Source: an uncultured delta proteobacterium
GTDB taxonomy: Bacteria > Desulfobacterota > Binatia > UBA9968
Assembly: GCA_963745035.1 (NCBI GenBank)
Contig: CAVUVW010000014.1
Location: forward strand, 576,001 to 640,000
Length of the DNA: 64,000 nt
Direction of reading: 5' to 3'
Shown: positions 21,850 to 33,020 of the stretch, in pieces
Layout of the letters: each line of letters starts with the position of its first letter
Position numbering within the stretch: position 1 is the stretch's first letter
Notes under the pieces: model-generated
The model's database searches: none
What the model saw: only the letters and a program-made list of their open reading frames with translations
What the model was told of the DNA's origin: nothing
Translations under genes and position numbers: made by a program

Positions 21850-23248
21850 ATGGCACACACTTTACTCGCGTTGATCGTCGGCTTGGTGCTTAGTGGATGC
21901 ACCCTGGGGCCGGACTATCTTCGGCCCAAGTTATTGATCCCGAATAATCACCGCGGAGTCGTCACGGCGCCTCAGGCGGAATCGCTCGCGGACATACCCT
22001 GGTGGGAGCTGTTCAAGGATCCCGGTCTTGCAGCAGCTCACCCGTGAGGCGATCGCCAACAATTATGATCTGCGCGACGCTGCGGCGCGCGTCGAAGAAG
22101 CCAGAGCCCAGGTCGGCGTGGCGCGCTCGTTTCTTTACCCACAATTCAGTGCCAATGCCGGCGGCAGGGCGGAGCAGGTGTCCCGCAGCACGGACCCCTC
22201 CCAGGCCGTCAACGGCAATCGGAATTATCAAAATTGGTTGCTCGGATTGAGCATGGCGTGGGAGCTCGATGTGTTCGGTAGAATCCGCCGAGAAACCGAA
22301 GCGGCCACCAACCTGTTTCTGGCAACGGAACAGGGGCGCCGCGGGGTGCTGATCACGCTGATCGCCGACGTCGCGCAGTCCTATTTCGCTTTGCGCCAGC
22401 TCGATCTCGAGCTCGAGATCAGTCGGCGGACACTGAGGGTCAACGACGACACCGTGGAATTCTACCGTCGGCGCCTGACCGGCGGAGTGTCCAACCAGCT
22501 CGAGCTCGACCAATCCATCGCGAACCGCTCGCGCACTGCGTCAAACATCCCGGAGATCGAGCGCCAGATCGCAATCCAAGAGAATCTCATCAACTTTCTC
22601 GTCGGGCGCAATCCCGGACCGATCCCTCGTGGCGCAGCATTGACGGATCAATACCAGCCGCCCACCGTGCCCGCAGGATTGCCGTCGGATTTGCTCGAAC
22701 GGCGACCGGACGTGAGGGCTGCCGAGGATGTGCTGGCGGCAACCAATGCCAACATCGGCGCCGCCAAAGCGCTCTTCTTTCCGAGCTTCTCGCTGACTGC
22801 GGCCCTCGGCGGCACCAGCCACGATCTTTCGAACATTTTCGACCAGCGCGCGGCGGTCTGGTCGGTCGCGGGCGGCATGCTGCAACCGGTTTTCCAGGGC
22901 TGGCGGATTTTCTCCAATTACGAAGCGACCAAAGCCCGCTTCGACCAGGCGCTGGCACAGTACGAAAGGGCGGCGCAAAACGGCTTTCGCGAAGTCGCGG
23001 ATGCGCTGGTGAGCGTCGAGAAATTGCAAGAGTTGCGAGTCGAGCTGGAGAGAAGCGTCGAGGCTCTCGGCAACGCCGCACGCCTGTCGCGACTGCGCTA
23101 TGACACCGGCCTCGCAAATTACTTGGAAATTCTGATCGCGGACCAACAGCTTTTCGATCAAGAGATTTTACTTGCCCGCGCTCGGGGCGCGCAGCTGACC
23201 GCCGTGGTGCAACTCTACCGCGCTCTCGGCGGCGGATGGGAGCCATAA
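21850..23248 (+). CDS. RND outer-membrane factor lipoprotein (NodT/OprM-like); frameshift ~22022
   Basis: LSGC lipobox, WWELFKDP, WELDVFG, PSDLLERRPDV, LYRALGGGW. Confidence 0.9.
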
Positions 23249-23445
23249 TTCGAAGTTCAATTCGTTCAAGTGGCTCGGAGAGTTAAACCGTTTTGCCCAT
23301 GAGTATCATCACGTTGTCGTCGTTCTCGTCGCAAGATATCGCTCAGAGTATTGGACTCATGGAAATGAGTGTTTGGTAGGGAGTCCGCCGATCAAAACTA
23401 AAGAATGATGTTCTCAGCAGCTAGAAAAACACAGAGGAGGGTTTC

Positions 23446-23892
23446 ATGAGGAGAATCATGCTGTTTTTGCAAGTCAGTGGGTTCATCCTCGGAGTCCAAG
23501 CAGCGCTTGCTTGTGCTGTTTTTGCGGCCAGCGCAAAGGCTCAGTGGTCGCCCATCCCGATCGACGACGTGAAGAGCATCTCCGGAAATTGGGAAGGGCT
23601 CATGATTCGAACGCCGACAGCCAAAAACGACGATTGGGTGAACGTCAGCATCCAAGATAACGGAGACTACGAATTTGCCTCTTATCGGACCATCGGCGTG
23701 TTCAGCGGTAAAGGCAACTTGGCCGTGAAAGACGGCAAGGCCGTGACCCAAAGCGAAAGGGGCACCGCGACGCTGCAGCTCTTCACAGAGCCGACCAAGG
23801 GCGAAAACATGCTGAAAGTCGAGAGCAAGGGAAAAGACGGTATCTCTTATCGAGCCGAGCTGAGGAAGGCGAAGCCGCGCAAACAAAAATAA
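23446..23892 (+). CDS. Exported hypothetical protein (paralog of 54412-54843)
   Basis: GGAGG RBS, signal peptide, shared YEFASYRTIGVFSGKG block. Confidence 0.75.
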   Translation: MRRIMLFLQVSGFILGVQAALACAVFAASAKAQWSPIPIDDVKSISGNWEGLMIRTPTAKNDDWVNVSIQDNGDYEFASYRTIGVFSGKGNLAVKDGKAVTQSERGTATLQLFTEPTKGENMLKVESKGKDGISYRAELRKAKPRKQK

Positions 23893-23949
23893 CGAGGGTC
23901 AGGCCAAGTCGATATCTTCAAAGGGGCAACCGCTAACTGAATTGCGATC

Positions 23950-24411
23950 ATGAATCCTGAAACAGGCAGAAAAGTTGGCGCGATCATTTTCGGCGCGGTT
24001 GTCGGGCTCGGACTCGGTGTCGGCGCATACACTCTTCTTTATGCCAAGGGTTGGGCTTACTTGACCAATGACCCGGCGGCCTGCGCCAACTGCCATATCA
24101 TGCAGGGGCATTTGGATGCGTGGATCAAGTCGACTCATCGGGCGGTTGCAACCTGTAACGACTGCCACACGCCGCACAACTTTTTCGGCAAATACTATGT
24201 CAAGGCGGATCACGGCTTCTGGCACTCCTACGCGTTTACCACGGGCAACTTTCACGAACCGATTCACATGACGGCGCGCAGCCAACAAGTTACCGAAGGC
24301 GCGTGCCGCAACTGCCACGAGGAAATTGTCCACGCCATCGAAACCATACAAAGCAACGGCGGCCAATTGTCCTGCATCCGCTGCCATGGCTCGGTCGGCC
24401 ATCCTATGTGA
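23950..24411 (+). CDS. nrfH: Cytochrome c nitrite reductase small subunit (tetraheme)
   Basis: N-terminal TM; CANCH(IM), CNDCH, CRNCH, CIRCH; directly upstream of nrfA. Confidence 0.92.
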   Translation: MNPETGRKVGAIIFGAVVGLGLGVGAYTLLYAKGWAYLTNDPAACANCHIMQGHLDAWIKSTHRAVATCNDCHTPHNFFGKYYVKADHGFWHSYAFTTGNFHEPIHMTARSQQVTEGACRNCHEEIVHAIETIQSNGGQLSCIRCHGSVGHPM

Positions 24412-24442
24412 CCTAGGTACAAGAAAGGACGGTGTTCCATTC

Positions 24443-25858
24443 ATGAGCGCGCAAAGCAATCCGCCCGAACGGCCATTAAATTGGCCGAGGTTCCTGCTGT
24501 TTGTCGGCGTCGCGGCACTCATCACCGCGGGCATTGCGGCGCTCCTTGTAAACATCTTCGAGCGCAAGCAGGAGGCACGCAATCCGTTCTATCGGGTCGT
24601 CGAGTTGACCGACGACACAGAAGATCCGGCGGTGTGGGGGAAGAATTTTCCGCTGCAATACGACGACTACAAAAGAACCGTCGATCAGGTGCGCACCCGC
24701 TTCGGTGGCAGCGAGGCGCTGCCGCGTACTCCGAGCAAGGTCGATCCGCGCTCGACGCTTTCACAATCGAAGATCGAGGAAGACCCACGCTTGAAAGTAA
24801 TGTGGGCCGGCTACGCCTTCGCCAAAGACTTCCGCGAGGAGCGCGGTCACGCTTACATGCTCGACGATCAAACCTTGACCGAACGGCAAAAGGTGGTCAA
24901 GCAACCGGGCACATGCATCCAATGCCATGGTTCGGTCTACGTGCCCTACAAGAAGGCGGGAAACGGCGACATCATCAAAGGCTTCGAGAAATTGAATCAG
25001 ATGCCTTTCTTCGAAGCCCGCAAGCTGGTCTCGCACCCGGTGAGCTGCATCGATTGTCACGATTCGAGCACCATGCAATTGCGCGTTACCCGTCCCGGTT
25101 TCATCGAGGGGATCCGCGCCTTCAAAGCCTCACAGGGAATTCAGAATTATGACGTCAACAAGCAGGCGACGCGCCAGGAAATGCGCGCGTATGTCTGCGG
25201 CCAGTGTCATGTCGAATATTATTTCAAGGGAGCGGAAAAGCGGCTCGTGTACCCATGGGCCAAAGGGCTCAAGGTCGAAAACATCCAAGCTTATTACGAC
25301 GAGGAGCAGTTCAAGGACTGGACCCATGCCGACACGGGGGCTTCCACGCTCAAAGCCCAACACCCGGAATTCGAGCTGTGGAGCCAGGGCATCCACGCGC
25401 GCTCGGGCGTGACCTGCGCCGACTGCCATATGCCCTACAAACGCGAAGGCGCGCTCAAGATCAGCGACCACCACGTGCGCAGCCCGGTGCTCAACATCAA
25501 CCGCGCCTGTCAGACCTGCCACAAATGGCCCGAGGAAGAGCTCAAGGCGCGCATCGAGACAATTCAGGAGCGTACCTTCAAGCTCCGCAATGTGGCAATG
25601 GACGCGCTGATGGATCTGGTCAAGGATCTCAAGGCGGCGAAGAGCGCCGGCAAGACCGACAAGGAGCTAGCCGCGTCGCAGGATTTTCAGCGCAAAGCGC
25701 AGTTCTATCTCGACTTCGTCGAGGCGGAAAACTCCACCGGCTTTCACGCGCCGCAGGAGGCGGCCCGGATACTCGGTGAGTCGGTGGATTTCTCCAGGAA
25801 GGGTCAGATTGCGCTGCGCGATGGTAAAGGTGGAATGGGATCTCAAACGGCTAAATAG
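24443..25858 (+). CDS. nrfA: Pentaheme ammonia-forming nitrite reductase, CXXCH-heme-1 variant
   Basis: WAGYAF, ERGHAY, CIQCH, CIDCH, CGQCHVEYY, KAQHPEFE, CADCH, CQTCH, ENSTGFHAP. Confidence 0.93.
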   Translation: MSAQSNPPERPLNWPRFLLFVGVAALITAGIAALLVNIFERKQEARNPFYRVVELTDDTEDPAVWGKNFPLQYDDYKRTVDQVRTRFGGSEALPRTPSKVDPRSTLSQSKIEEDPRLKVMWAGYAFAKDFREERGHAYMLDDQTLTERQKVVKQPGTCIQCHGSVYVPYKKAGNGDIIKGFEKLNQMPFFEARKLVSHPVSCIDCHDSSTMQLRVTRPGFIEGIRAFKASQGIQNYDVNKQATRQEMRAYVCGQCHVEYYFKGAEKRLVYPWAKGLKVENIQAYYDEEQFKDWTHADTGASTLKAQHPEFELWSQGIHARSGVTCADCHMPYKREGALKISDHHVRSPVLNINRACQTCHKWPEEELKARIETIQERTFKLRNVAMDALMDLVKDLKAAKSAGKTDKELAASQDFQRKAQFYLDFVEAENSTGFHAPQEAARILGESVDFSRKGQIALRDGKGGMGSQTAK

Positions 25859-25925
25859 TCAATGTGATCCTACCGTGAGGATCAATACGCATCCAGAGAG
25901 GGAACAAAGGGGGAGGGTGACGCTT

Positions 25926-26756
25926 GTGTTTAAGATTCTAGCTAATCGCGTTTGGTACGGGATCCTGGCGCCTTGCTTGATCGTTTTTGCTTCATCGGGT
26001 TGCATTGTCAACACTTACCAACCGCCTAAACCGGAGCCGCCGCCCCCAGCGTCGGGCACTCTGCTTAAATCTCAGTTACGAGTCGGCATTTCACCCGATT
26101 ACATGCCGCTGGCTTTCAAAGATCCGGCGTTGGGACTTGTGGGAGTGGAAGTAGACTTTGCCGAAGGAATCGGCAACGGGCTTGGAAAAAAGATAGTTTT
26201 CGTCGAGACCCCGTTTCCCGAATTGATCCAATCGCTGCTTGAAGACCGCATCGACATGATTATGTCCGGCATGACAATCACCAAGGAAAGGGCCGAACGG
26301 ATAAGCTTTACCGATCCTTATGCGCGCATCGCTCAGATGGCACTGGTGCGCGCCAAAGATCGGTCCGACTTTCCCAACGCGCAGTCCTTTTATCGACTAA
26401 CTTCGAAGGTCGGCTACGTGCAAAAAACCAGTGGCGAGCTGGCGGCTAGAACGTTCTTTCCGCAAGCGACCATAGCGCCTCAGCCAACCATTGAGGCGGG
26501 CGTTGCGGGCCTGCGCAAGGGGGAAATAGCAGTATTCATCCATGATGCACCTACGGTTTGGCGCATTGCCGGCAATCCGAGCGAAAAAGAGCTGGTGGGG
26601 TTGTACTGGCCGTTGACACAAGAGTCGCTGGCCTGGGCGGTGAGAAAAGACGACGAGCCTTTGCGGTTTGCGCTCAATCGCGAGCTTGACAATTTGAAGT
26701 TAAGCGGCCGCTTAAAACAAATACTGTCCAAATGGGTTCCTTTAAGAATCTGGTAA
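25926..26756 (+). CDS. Substrate-binding protein family 3 lipoprotein (amino-acid type), no ABC partners nearby
   Basis: SSGC lipobox, LRVGISPDYMP, GVEVD, IDMIMSGMTITKER. Confidence 0.85.
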   Translation: MFKILANRVWYGILAPCLIVFASSGCIVNTYQPPKPEPPPPASGTLLKSQLRVGISPDYMPLAFKDPALGLVGVEVDFAEGIGNGLGKKIVFVETPFPELIQSLLEDRIDMIMSGMTITKERAERISFTDPYARIAQMALVRAKDRSDFPNAQSFYRLTSKVGYVQKTSGELAARTFFPQATIAPQPTIEAGVAGLRKGEIAVFIHDAPTVWRIAGNPSEKELVGLYWPLTQESLAWAVRKDDEPLRFALNRELDNLKLSGRLKQILSKWVPLRIW

Positions 26757-26890
26757 GCAACGCGAGCGCATTAGGACCGCATCAAACTGCTAAGCCTAAT
26801 CCGACCCTGATTGCGCTGCGCGACGGCAGAAACGAAACAAAGTCGGCGGTCGCAAGATAGCCAACTCGGACTCACGTTAGGGAGGCCTTT

Positions 26891-27076
26891 ATGAATAACG
26901 TGGTTCATATCGGCACGCGATTGGAGAAAGAGCGAAAACGTCGTTGGCCCAACACGCTGGCGATGACGGTGGGTCCACTGTTGTTGCTGATCATCTATTT
27001 TCTTCTGCTCGAACAGAACGGATTTCCAATTCTTGATCTGAACGGTGACGAGCAAGTCGTCGAAGCGACGCCGTAA
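26891..27076 (+). CDS. Small single-TM hypothetical protein
   Basis: GGAGG RBS, 61 aa, one hydrophobic segment. Confidence 0.45.
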   Translation: MNNVVHIGTRLEKERKRRWPNTLAMTVGPLLLLIIYFLLLEQNGFPILDLNGDEQVVEATP

Positions 27077-27156
27077 GCCGCTCGATAGCACTGACCAAGC
27101 GCTTGTCGGAAGCGTCAAGCAACTGACGCGATGCGGCAATCGCTCAGGGATCTACG

Positions 27157-27176
27157 TATTGGACCAAAGTCCAATA
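27157..27176 (+). promoter_or_regulatory. Operator box 6 (TATTGGACCAAAGTCCAATA, perfect), upstream of fdh operon
   Basis: Perfect palindrome; TATTGG starts at 27198. Confidence 0.85.
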
Positions 27177-27363
27177 CCATGCTATCTAAGCTTCGAATAT
27201 TGGGAGTCATGCTGGTCGCGCGGCGATCCGAGCAGACATTGATGAATTGAAGTCCACTGCATCGAACGTGCGACGTAATACCGAAGAAGCGTAGCACCCC
27301 GAGATCTACTCCTGATCACCTTCCGCGTCTGCGTAGACCTTTTGAAAAATAGAAAGGCACAAG

Positions 27364-30300
27364 ATGAAAAAAGCCGATGGAGAGGAGCAAAGGCCGGATG
27401 GTCACGATGACGCGAAGGCGGCATCGCTGAAGCCATCGCGGCGGCAGTTTCTCAAGGGGCTGACTACAGGCACCGTCGCGATCAGCGCCTTGACTCAGTC
27501 GGGCTGCGCTCCCGCCGTTCCTCCCCTCAAAACCCGCGGCGCGACCAATACGACGACGGTCTGTCCCTTCTGCGGCGTCGGCTGCGGCCAGGTGGTCTCC
27601 GCGCGCGGCGGCAAGGTGATCCACATCGAGGGCGATCCGGACCATCCGATCAGCGAAGGAACTTTGTGCAGCAAAGGCGCGGCCGGCATCCAGGTAGTGA
27701 ACAATTCGCGGCGCCTGCAAAAGGTGCTCTATCGCAAACCCAACGGCGCCAAATGGGAAGAAAAAAGCTGGGACTGGGCATTCGAGCGGATCGCCGCGCG
27801 AGTCAAAGAAACACGCGACAAGACCTTCAAGCAATCCCTCGACGGGCGTGTTGTTAACCGCACCGAGGCGATCGCTTGTCTCGGCGGCTCGGCCTTGGAC
27901 AACGAGGAGGCTTACCTCCTCGTGAAACTGATGAGGGCCCTCGGCCTGGTGTACGTCGAACACCAGGCGCGGCTCTGACACAGCTCCACGGTCGCCGGTC
28001 TGGCGGCCTCGTTCGGCAGAGGGGCGATGACCAACCATTGGGTCGACATGCTCAATGCCAATGTCGTCCTGATCATGGGCGGAAACCCGGCGGAGGACCA
28101 CCCCATCGCGATGAATTGGCTGGCGCGCGCCAAAGAGCAGGGCACCTACATCCTGCACGTCGATCCGCGTTTCAATCGCACCAGCTCGATCGCCGACGTG
28201 TTCGCCAAACTGCGCTCGGGCACCGATATCGCGTTCGTCGGCGGCATGATCAACTACGCCATAGAACATAATCGCATCCAGCAGGAATACGTACGCGAGT
28301 ACACCAACGCCTCCTGGATCGTCGGCGACGGCTACAGCTTCACGGACGGGCTGTTTGCCGGCTACGATCCCAAAACCAGCCGCTACGATCGATCCCAGTG
28401 GATCTACGCGCTGGACGCGCAGGGACGGCCGCGGCGCGACCCTACGCTCAAGCATCCCCGCTGCGTGTTTCAACTATTGAAGCAGCACTTCTCGCGCTAC
28501 AACCCCGACGCGGTGTGCCGGATCACCGGCACACCGAAAGAAAACTACCTGAAGGTGTGCGATCTCTACACCTGGACCTATGCTCCCGACCGGGCCGGCA
28601 CGTGGCTCTATGCCATGGGCACCGCGCAGCACAGCCACGGCACACAGAACATCCGCTCCTATGCCATCCTGCAGTTGCTACTCGGCAATATCGGCGTCGC
28701 CGGAGGCGGCGTCAATGCGATGCGCGGTGAGTCCAACGTACAGGGTTCCACCGATCAAGGCCTTAACTATGATGGCCTGCCAGGATACCTGCGGCTTCCG
28801 GTGGAGGGTGACATAGATTTAAAAACGTATCTTTCACGTGTAACGCCCATCAGCCACGATCCTACCAACAGCGCGAACTGGCTGCAGAACACGCCGAAGT
28901 ATGTCGTCAGTTTGCTGAAAGCGTGGTGGGGCGAGCACGCGACCAGAGAGAATGACTTCGACTTGGCTCACCTGCCGAAGCTCGGCAGTGGATTTCAAGG
29001 ACAGGGCTATGCGTTTCTCGCGCTCACCCACGCCATGCTTGCCGGCGAAATCAAGGGACTCTTTTGCTTCGGCCAGAACCCCGCGGTGGGCGGCGCCAAC
29101 GCGCGCTTGATCCGCGCCGGACTGGATAAGCTCGAGTGGATGGTGGGCGCGGACTTATTCGAGCACGAGACCGCGGGCTTCTGGAAGCGGCCGGGCGCGG
29201 ATCCGGCTCGAATTCCCACCGAAGTCTTCGTTCTGCCTGCCTGTTCCGGCGTCGAAAAGGAAGGCAGCATCGTCAACAGCGGACGCTGGGTGCAGTGGCG
29301 TCACCAGGCCGTCAAGCCCATCGCAGACAGCCGCCCCGACCTCGACATCGTCGACGGCCTCGCCAAGGCGATGAAGCGTGCCTACGAGAAGGACGGAGTA
29401 TTTCCGGAGCCGATCCGCCATCTCGCATGGGACTATGGAGAGCACGCCGACCCTCATCGCGTCGCGCGCGAGCTGAACGGGCGCTTCTTAGTCAATGTGG
29501 CTGAAAAGGACGGTAAAGAGTTCACTGCCGGCAAGCAGGTGCCGGGCTTTGCACAGTTGCGCGACGACGGCAGTACGATGTCGGGGAACTGGATCTACTG
29601 CGGCGGTTACACCGAAGAGGGCAATCTGGCCGCTCGGCGCGATACCACCGATGCGCCAAACAAGATCGGACTCTCTCCGAAATGGGCATGGACGTGGCCG
29701 ATGAACCGGAGGATTCTCTATAATCGCGCATCGGTCAATCGCAAAGGCGAGCCGTTCAACCCGCGCAAGTGGGTGATTCGCTGGAACGCCGAGAAGAATG
29801 CGTGGGAGGGCGATGTGCCCGACGGCGGCATGCCGCCAGGCGAGGCCAATCCCTTTATCATGCTGGCATCCGGAGTCGGACAGCTCTATTCGCCAGACCT
29901 CGTGGACGGTCCTTTTCCCGAGCATTACGAGCCGGTCGAGAGCCCGGTGAAAAACCCGTTCTCGAAAATTCAATCGAGTCCGTGCGCGCAGGTCTGGCAT
30001 TCCACCGAATTCGATCGCTATGGCAAACCCGATGTGTTTCCGATCGTCGCGACGACATACCGGGTTTCGGAGCACTGGCAGACCGGCGCCATGAGCCGCA
30101 ACATGCCCTGGCTTGCCGGCCTGGTACCGAGCCCCTTCGTCGAGATCGGCACCGCCTTGGCGAAGCGCCAAGGAATCGAGAACGGCGACAAGGTGATCGT
30201 CAGCAGCGCGCGAGGTTCCATCGAGGTCTACGCGCTCGTGACCGAACGGTTCCAACCGTTTTTTGTCGAAGGCCAGATGATCGACGAGATCGGCCTGCCA

Positions 30301-30435
30301 TGGCACTGGGGCTACGCCGGTCTCGTGCAGGGCGACATCTGCAATGATCTTACCGCCAGCGTCGGCGACCCCAACTCATACATCCCCGAGAGCAAAGTAT
30401 TTCTCTGCAACATCAAGAGGAAGGACCGAGCATGA
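27364..30435 (+). CDS. fdnG: Tat-exported formate dehydrogenase alpha subunit (FdnG type), selenocysteine at UGA 27976-27978; ~1023 aa
   Basis: SRRQFLK Tat motif, CPFCGVGC...C 4Fe-4S, EHQARL-UGA-HSSTV...FGRGAMTNHW in frame with ORF 28027-30435; RGESNVQG. Confidence 0.93.
27979..28008 (+). promoter_or_regulatory. Bacterial SECIS hairpin
   Basis: GGTCGCC-GGTCT-GGCGGCC stem-loop (27990-28008); the GGU CUG apex has the same spacing from UGA as the E. coli fdhF SECIS. Confidence 0.8.
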
Positions 30436-31241
30436 GCACACCCGCAGTGAAGCCGAAAGCGATGATTCAGGACAATACCCGGTGCATCGGCTGCCGCGCG
30501 TGCATGGTGGCCTGCAAGTCTTGGAATGACCTTCCGGAGGATAAGACGGACTTTTTCGCCGGCGACGGCTATCAGAACCCGCGCGATCTCGACGCCAACA
30601 ACTACAATCTCATCACCTTCAATGAGATCGTGACCGGCGCCAAGCCCGACTGGGTGTTCGGGCGCCAGCTCTGCATGCACTGCGAGCATCCCGCCTGCGC
30701 GTCGGCGTGCCCGACCACGGCGTTGACCAAAACGCCGATCGGCGCCGTCGTGTTCAACGAGGACCGCTGCATCGGCTGCCGCGCCTGCATGCAAGCATGC
30801 CCGTTCATCATTCCCAAATACGACTACAACAGCTTCGCGCCGAAGATCCACAAGTGCACGTTCTGCGCCGACCGTCTCGAGGTTGGCATGGACCCGGCCT
30901 GCGCGACCGTGTGCCCCACCGGCGCGATCAGTTTCGGCGATCGCGAAGATATGGTGACCGAAGCGAAGCGGCGCATCGCCGCCGCTCCGGGCACTTACAT
31001 TCCCGAAATCTATGGGCTGGAAGAGGTCGGCGGCACCAGCGTGCTGCACCTTTCTTCCGTCCCGTTCGAGCAGATCGGTTACATCACCAACCTGCCCAAG
31101 ACGCCCATGCCCGACCTCACGCACCGATGGCTACGCGTCACGGCTCCGGTGTTTGCCGTCTTGTACGCAGTGTTCGGCGCCCTGAATTGGATCGTGCGAC
31201 GACGCATGCGCCGCCAAGGCCACGAGGGAGAGCACGCATGA
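30432..31241 (+). CDS. Fdh beta / HybA-like four-cluster Fe-S subunit with C-terminal TM
   Basis: CIGCRACMVAC, CMHCEHPACASAC, CIGCRACMQAC, CTFC...CATVC; YGLEEVGGT. Confidence 0.9.
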   Translation: MSTPAVKPKAMIQDNTRCIGCRACMVACKSWNDLPEDKTDFFAGDGYQNPRDLDANNYNLITFNEIVTGAKPDWVFGRQLCMHCEHPACASACPTTALTKTPIGAVVFNEDRCIGCRACMQACPFIIPKYDYNSFAPKIHKCTFCADRLEVGMDPACATVCPTGAISFGDREDMVTEAKRRIAAAPGTYIPEIYGLEEVGGTSVLHLSSVPFEQIGYITNLPKTPMPDLTHRWLRVTAPVFAVLYAVFGALNWIVRRRMRRQGHEGEHA

Positions 31242-32419
31242 ACTGGCGCATCCGGCTGACGTGGTGGGATAAATTGCTGCTCGCGATCATTGCGGTGGCC
31301 GCCGTCGTCGGCTTCGTGCGGTTCGCGACCGGCATCGGCACAATCGCCAACATCAACAACGCCTACCCGTGGGGTTGGTGGGTCGGCTACGGCATCATGA
31401 CGATGATCGCCATCGGAGGTGTCGGCTTCACGATCACGGCCTTGGTCGAAATCCTCGGCGTGCACCGCTACCACTCTTTTTTGCGTCCGGCCGTGCTCAT
31501 GGCTTTTCTCTGCTATATCAGCGCGATCACCATGCTCATGGTGGAACTTGGCCGGCCGTGGAAAGTCTGGTTGGTGCTGGTTTCCTGGGCGCCGACCTCG
31601 GCGCTTTACGAAGTCGGCTGGTGCGCATTTTTGTATCTGACTGTGCTCGCTTTGGAATTCGCGCGGGTCCCTCTCGAGCAGGCCGGCTGGCGACGCGCGT
31701 TTCGCATCGTGAGCGCGATTTACATTCCAATCATGCTCCTCGGCGTGACGCTGTCGCATCTGCATCAGTCATCGCTCGGCACTTTGATGACGCTTATTCC
31801 GCACAAGGTGAACGAGCTTTGGTGGTCGGATAATTTGCCATTGGTCTATCTCTTCTCCGCGATGATGGCCGGACCGGCGATGGCAATCCTCGAGCATCTC
31901 GCGGCGGCGCGTTGGCTCGGCTTCGAGCCGCGCATGAATCTGCTCGCCGGCCTCGCGCGCATCGAAGCCTGGCTCGTCGGCCTCTTCTTCGCCTTCCAGA
32001 TGGGCGATCTTTTTTATCGTGGTGCTGCTGACGCTATGTTCATCAGTTCATGGTTCGCCGTTTCCTTTTGGGTCGAGATCGTTTTCGGCCTGATGCTCCC
32101 CTTTGTTCTACTGATGATGCCGGAAGTCCGCGAAACGCGGCGGGCGCTCGCCACAGCGTGTGCTTTGGTGATTGCGGGCGTGTTGCTGCATCGCCTCAAT
32201 GTGGCGGTCATCGGTCTGCGGGCACGTCACTGGGAAACCTATGTGCCTTCGTTGGGCGAGGTCACGATCACTCTCGGCATTACTGCAGCGGCAATATTTG
32301 CGTTCGGCTGGCTCGCGCGCATTCTTCCCATTCACGAAGAATTGCCTGCGCCCGAGACAAGGCCTCTTCCTGCGGGTCAAGTTGCCGGCACATGGCGCGG
32401 CGCCGAAGGAGTGTCTTGA
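31238..32419 (+). CDS. HybB-like NrfD/PsrC-family membrane anchor
   Basis: YPWGWW, ELGRPW, SALYEV, LSHLHQSSLG, LHRLNV, YVPS motifs; ATGA coupling to the upstream gene. Confidence 0.85.
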   Translation: MNWRIRLTWWDKLLLAIIAVAAVVGFVRFATGIGTIANINNAYPWGWWVGYGIMTMIAIGGVGFTITALVEILGVHRYHSFLRPAVLMAFLCYISAITMLMVELGRPWKVWLVLVSWAPTSALYEVGWCAFLYLTVLALEFARVPLEQAGWRRAFRIVSAIYIPIMLLGVTLSHLHQSSLGTLMTLIPHKVNELWWSDNLPLVYLFSAMMAGPAMAILEHLAAARWLGFEPRMNLLAGLARIEAWLVGLFFAFQMGDLFYRGAADAMFISSWFAVSFWVEIVFGLMLPFVLLMMPEVRETRRALATACALVIAGVLLHRLNVAVIGLRARHWETYVPSLGEVTITLGITAAAIFAFGWLARILPIHEELPAPETRPLPAGQVAGTWRGAEGVS

Positions 32420-33005
32420 TGACCACAGAACCACCTCCGCGGTTTCCCACTTTTCGCGTCATCGTCCTGCTCGTGCTGCTCGTCAATCTCATCCTCACCG
32501 TAGCCCTGGTGAGCCAGGTGCGCGAGCTGCAGCAGCGCGTTGCGAGCTTGCCTCCCGATCTCGCCGTCAAGCGCGACGTGGCCATGCTGCGGCCGCTCCG
32601 GATTCGCGAGATCATCACGCAGAACTGCGTGGAGTGTCACAGCACCCGGCGTCTCGGCGTGACGGTGTCCATGGAACCGTCAGAGGTCCAGCGCACAGTA
32701 GAGCGCATGCAAAACCACCCGGGCGCCAATATCCCGCCAGCGGAATTCGAGCGCATCACCGCTTCCCTGCTGGTGGCTCGCTGCGCGCGCTGCCACGGCG
32801 AGGAGACGCTTAACCTGATGGTCCTCAAGACCAGCCTGAGCGCTTGGCCACGATCCGTCGCATGGCGGCGCTCCCCGGCTCGGGCGTGCGGCACGATCAG
32901 GCGCTCGCCATTGCAGAAGCGTTCGAGAAGCTGATGAGCGACGGTGGCGACCGTGGTCGGACGGATGAGAAAAATAATTTGTCGACGGTTCAGCCGTCCC
33001 GGTAG
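32419..33005 (+). CDS. Membrane-anchored diheme cytochrome c; frameshift ~32832 (ORF as given ends 32934)
   Basis: N-terminal TM; CVECH...TVERM...PG and CARCH...(shifted frame) TIRRM...PG repeats. Confidence 0.75.
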
Positions 33006-33020
33006 TCACACGGGAGCAGC

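Noticed and set aside
27976-27978. TGA as a nonsense mutation making fdh a pseudogene
   Set aside because: It falls at the conserved Sec position and is followed by a SECIS hairpin.
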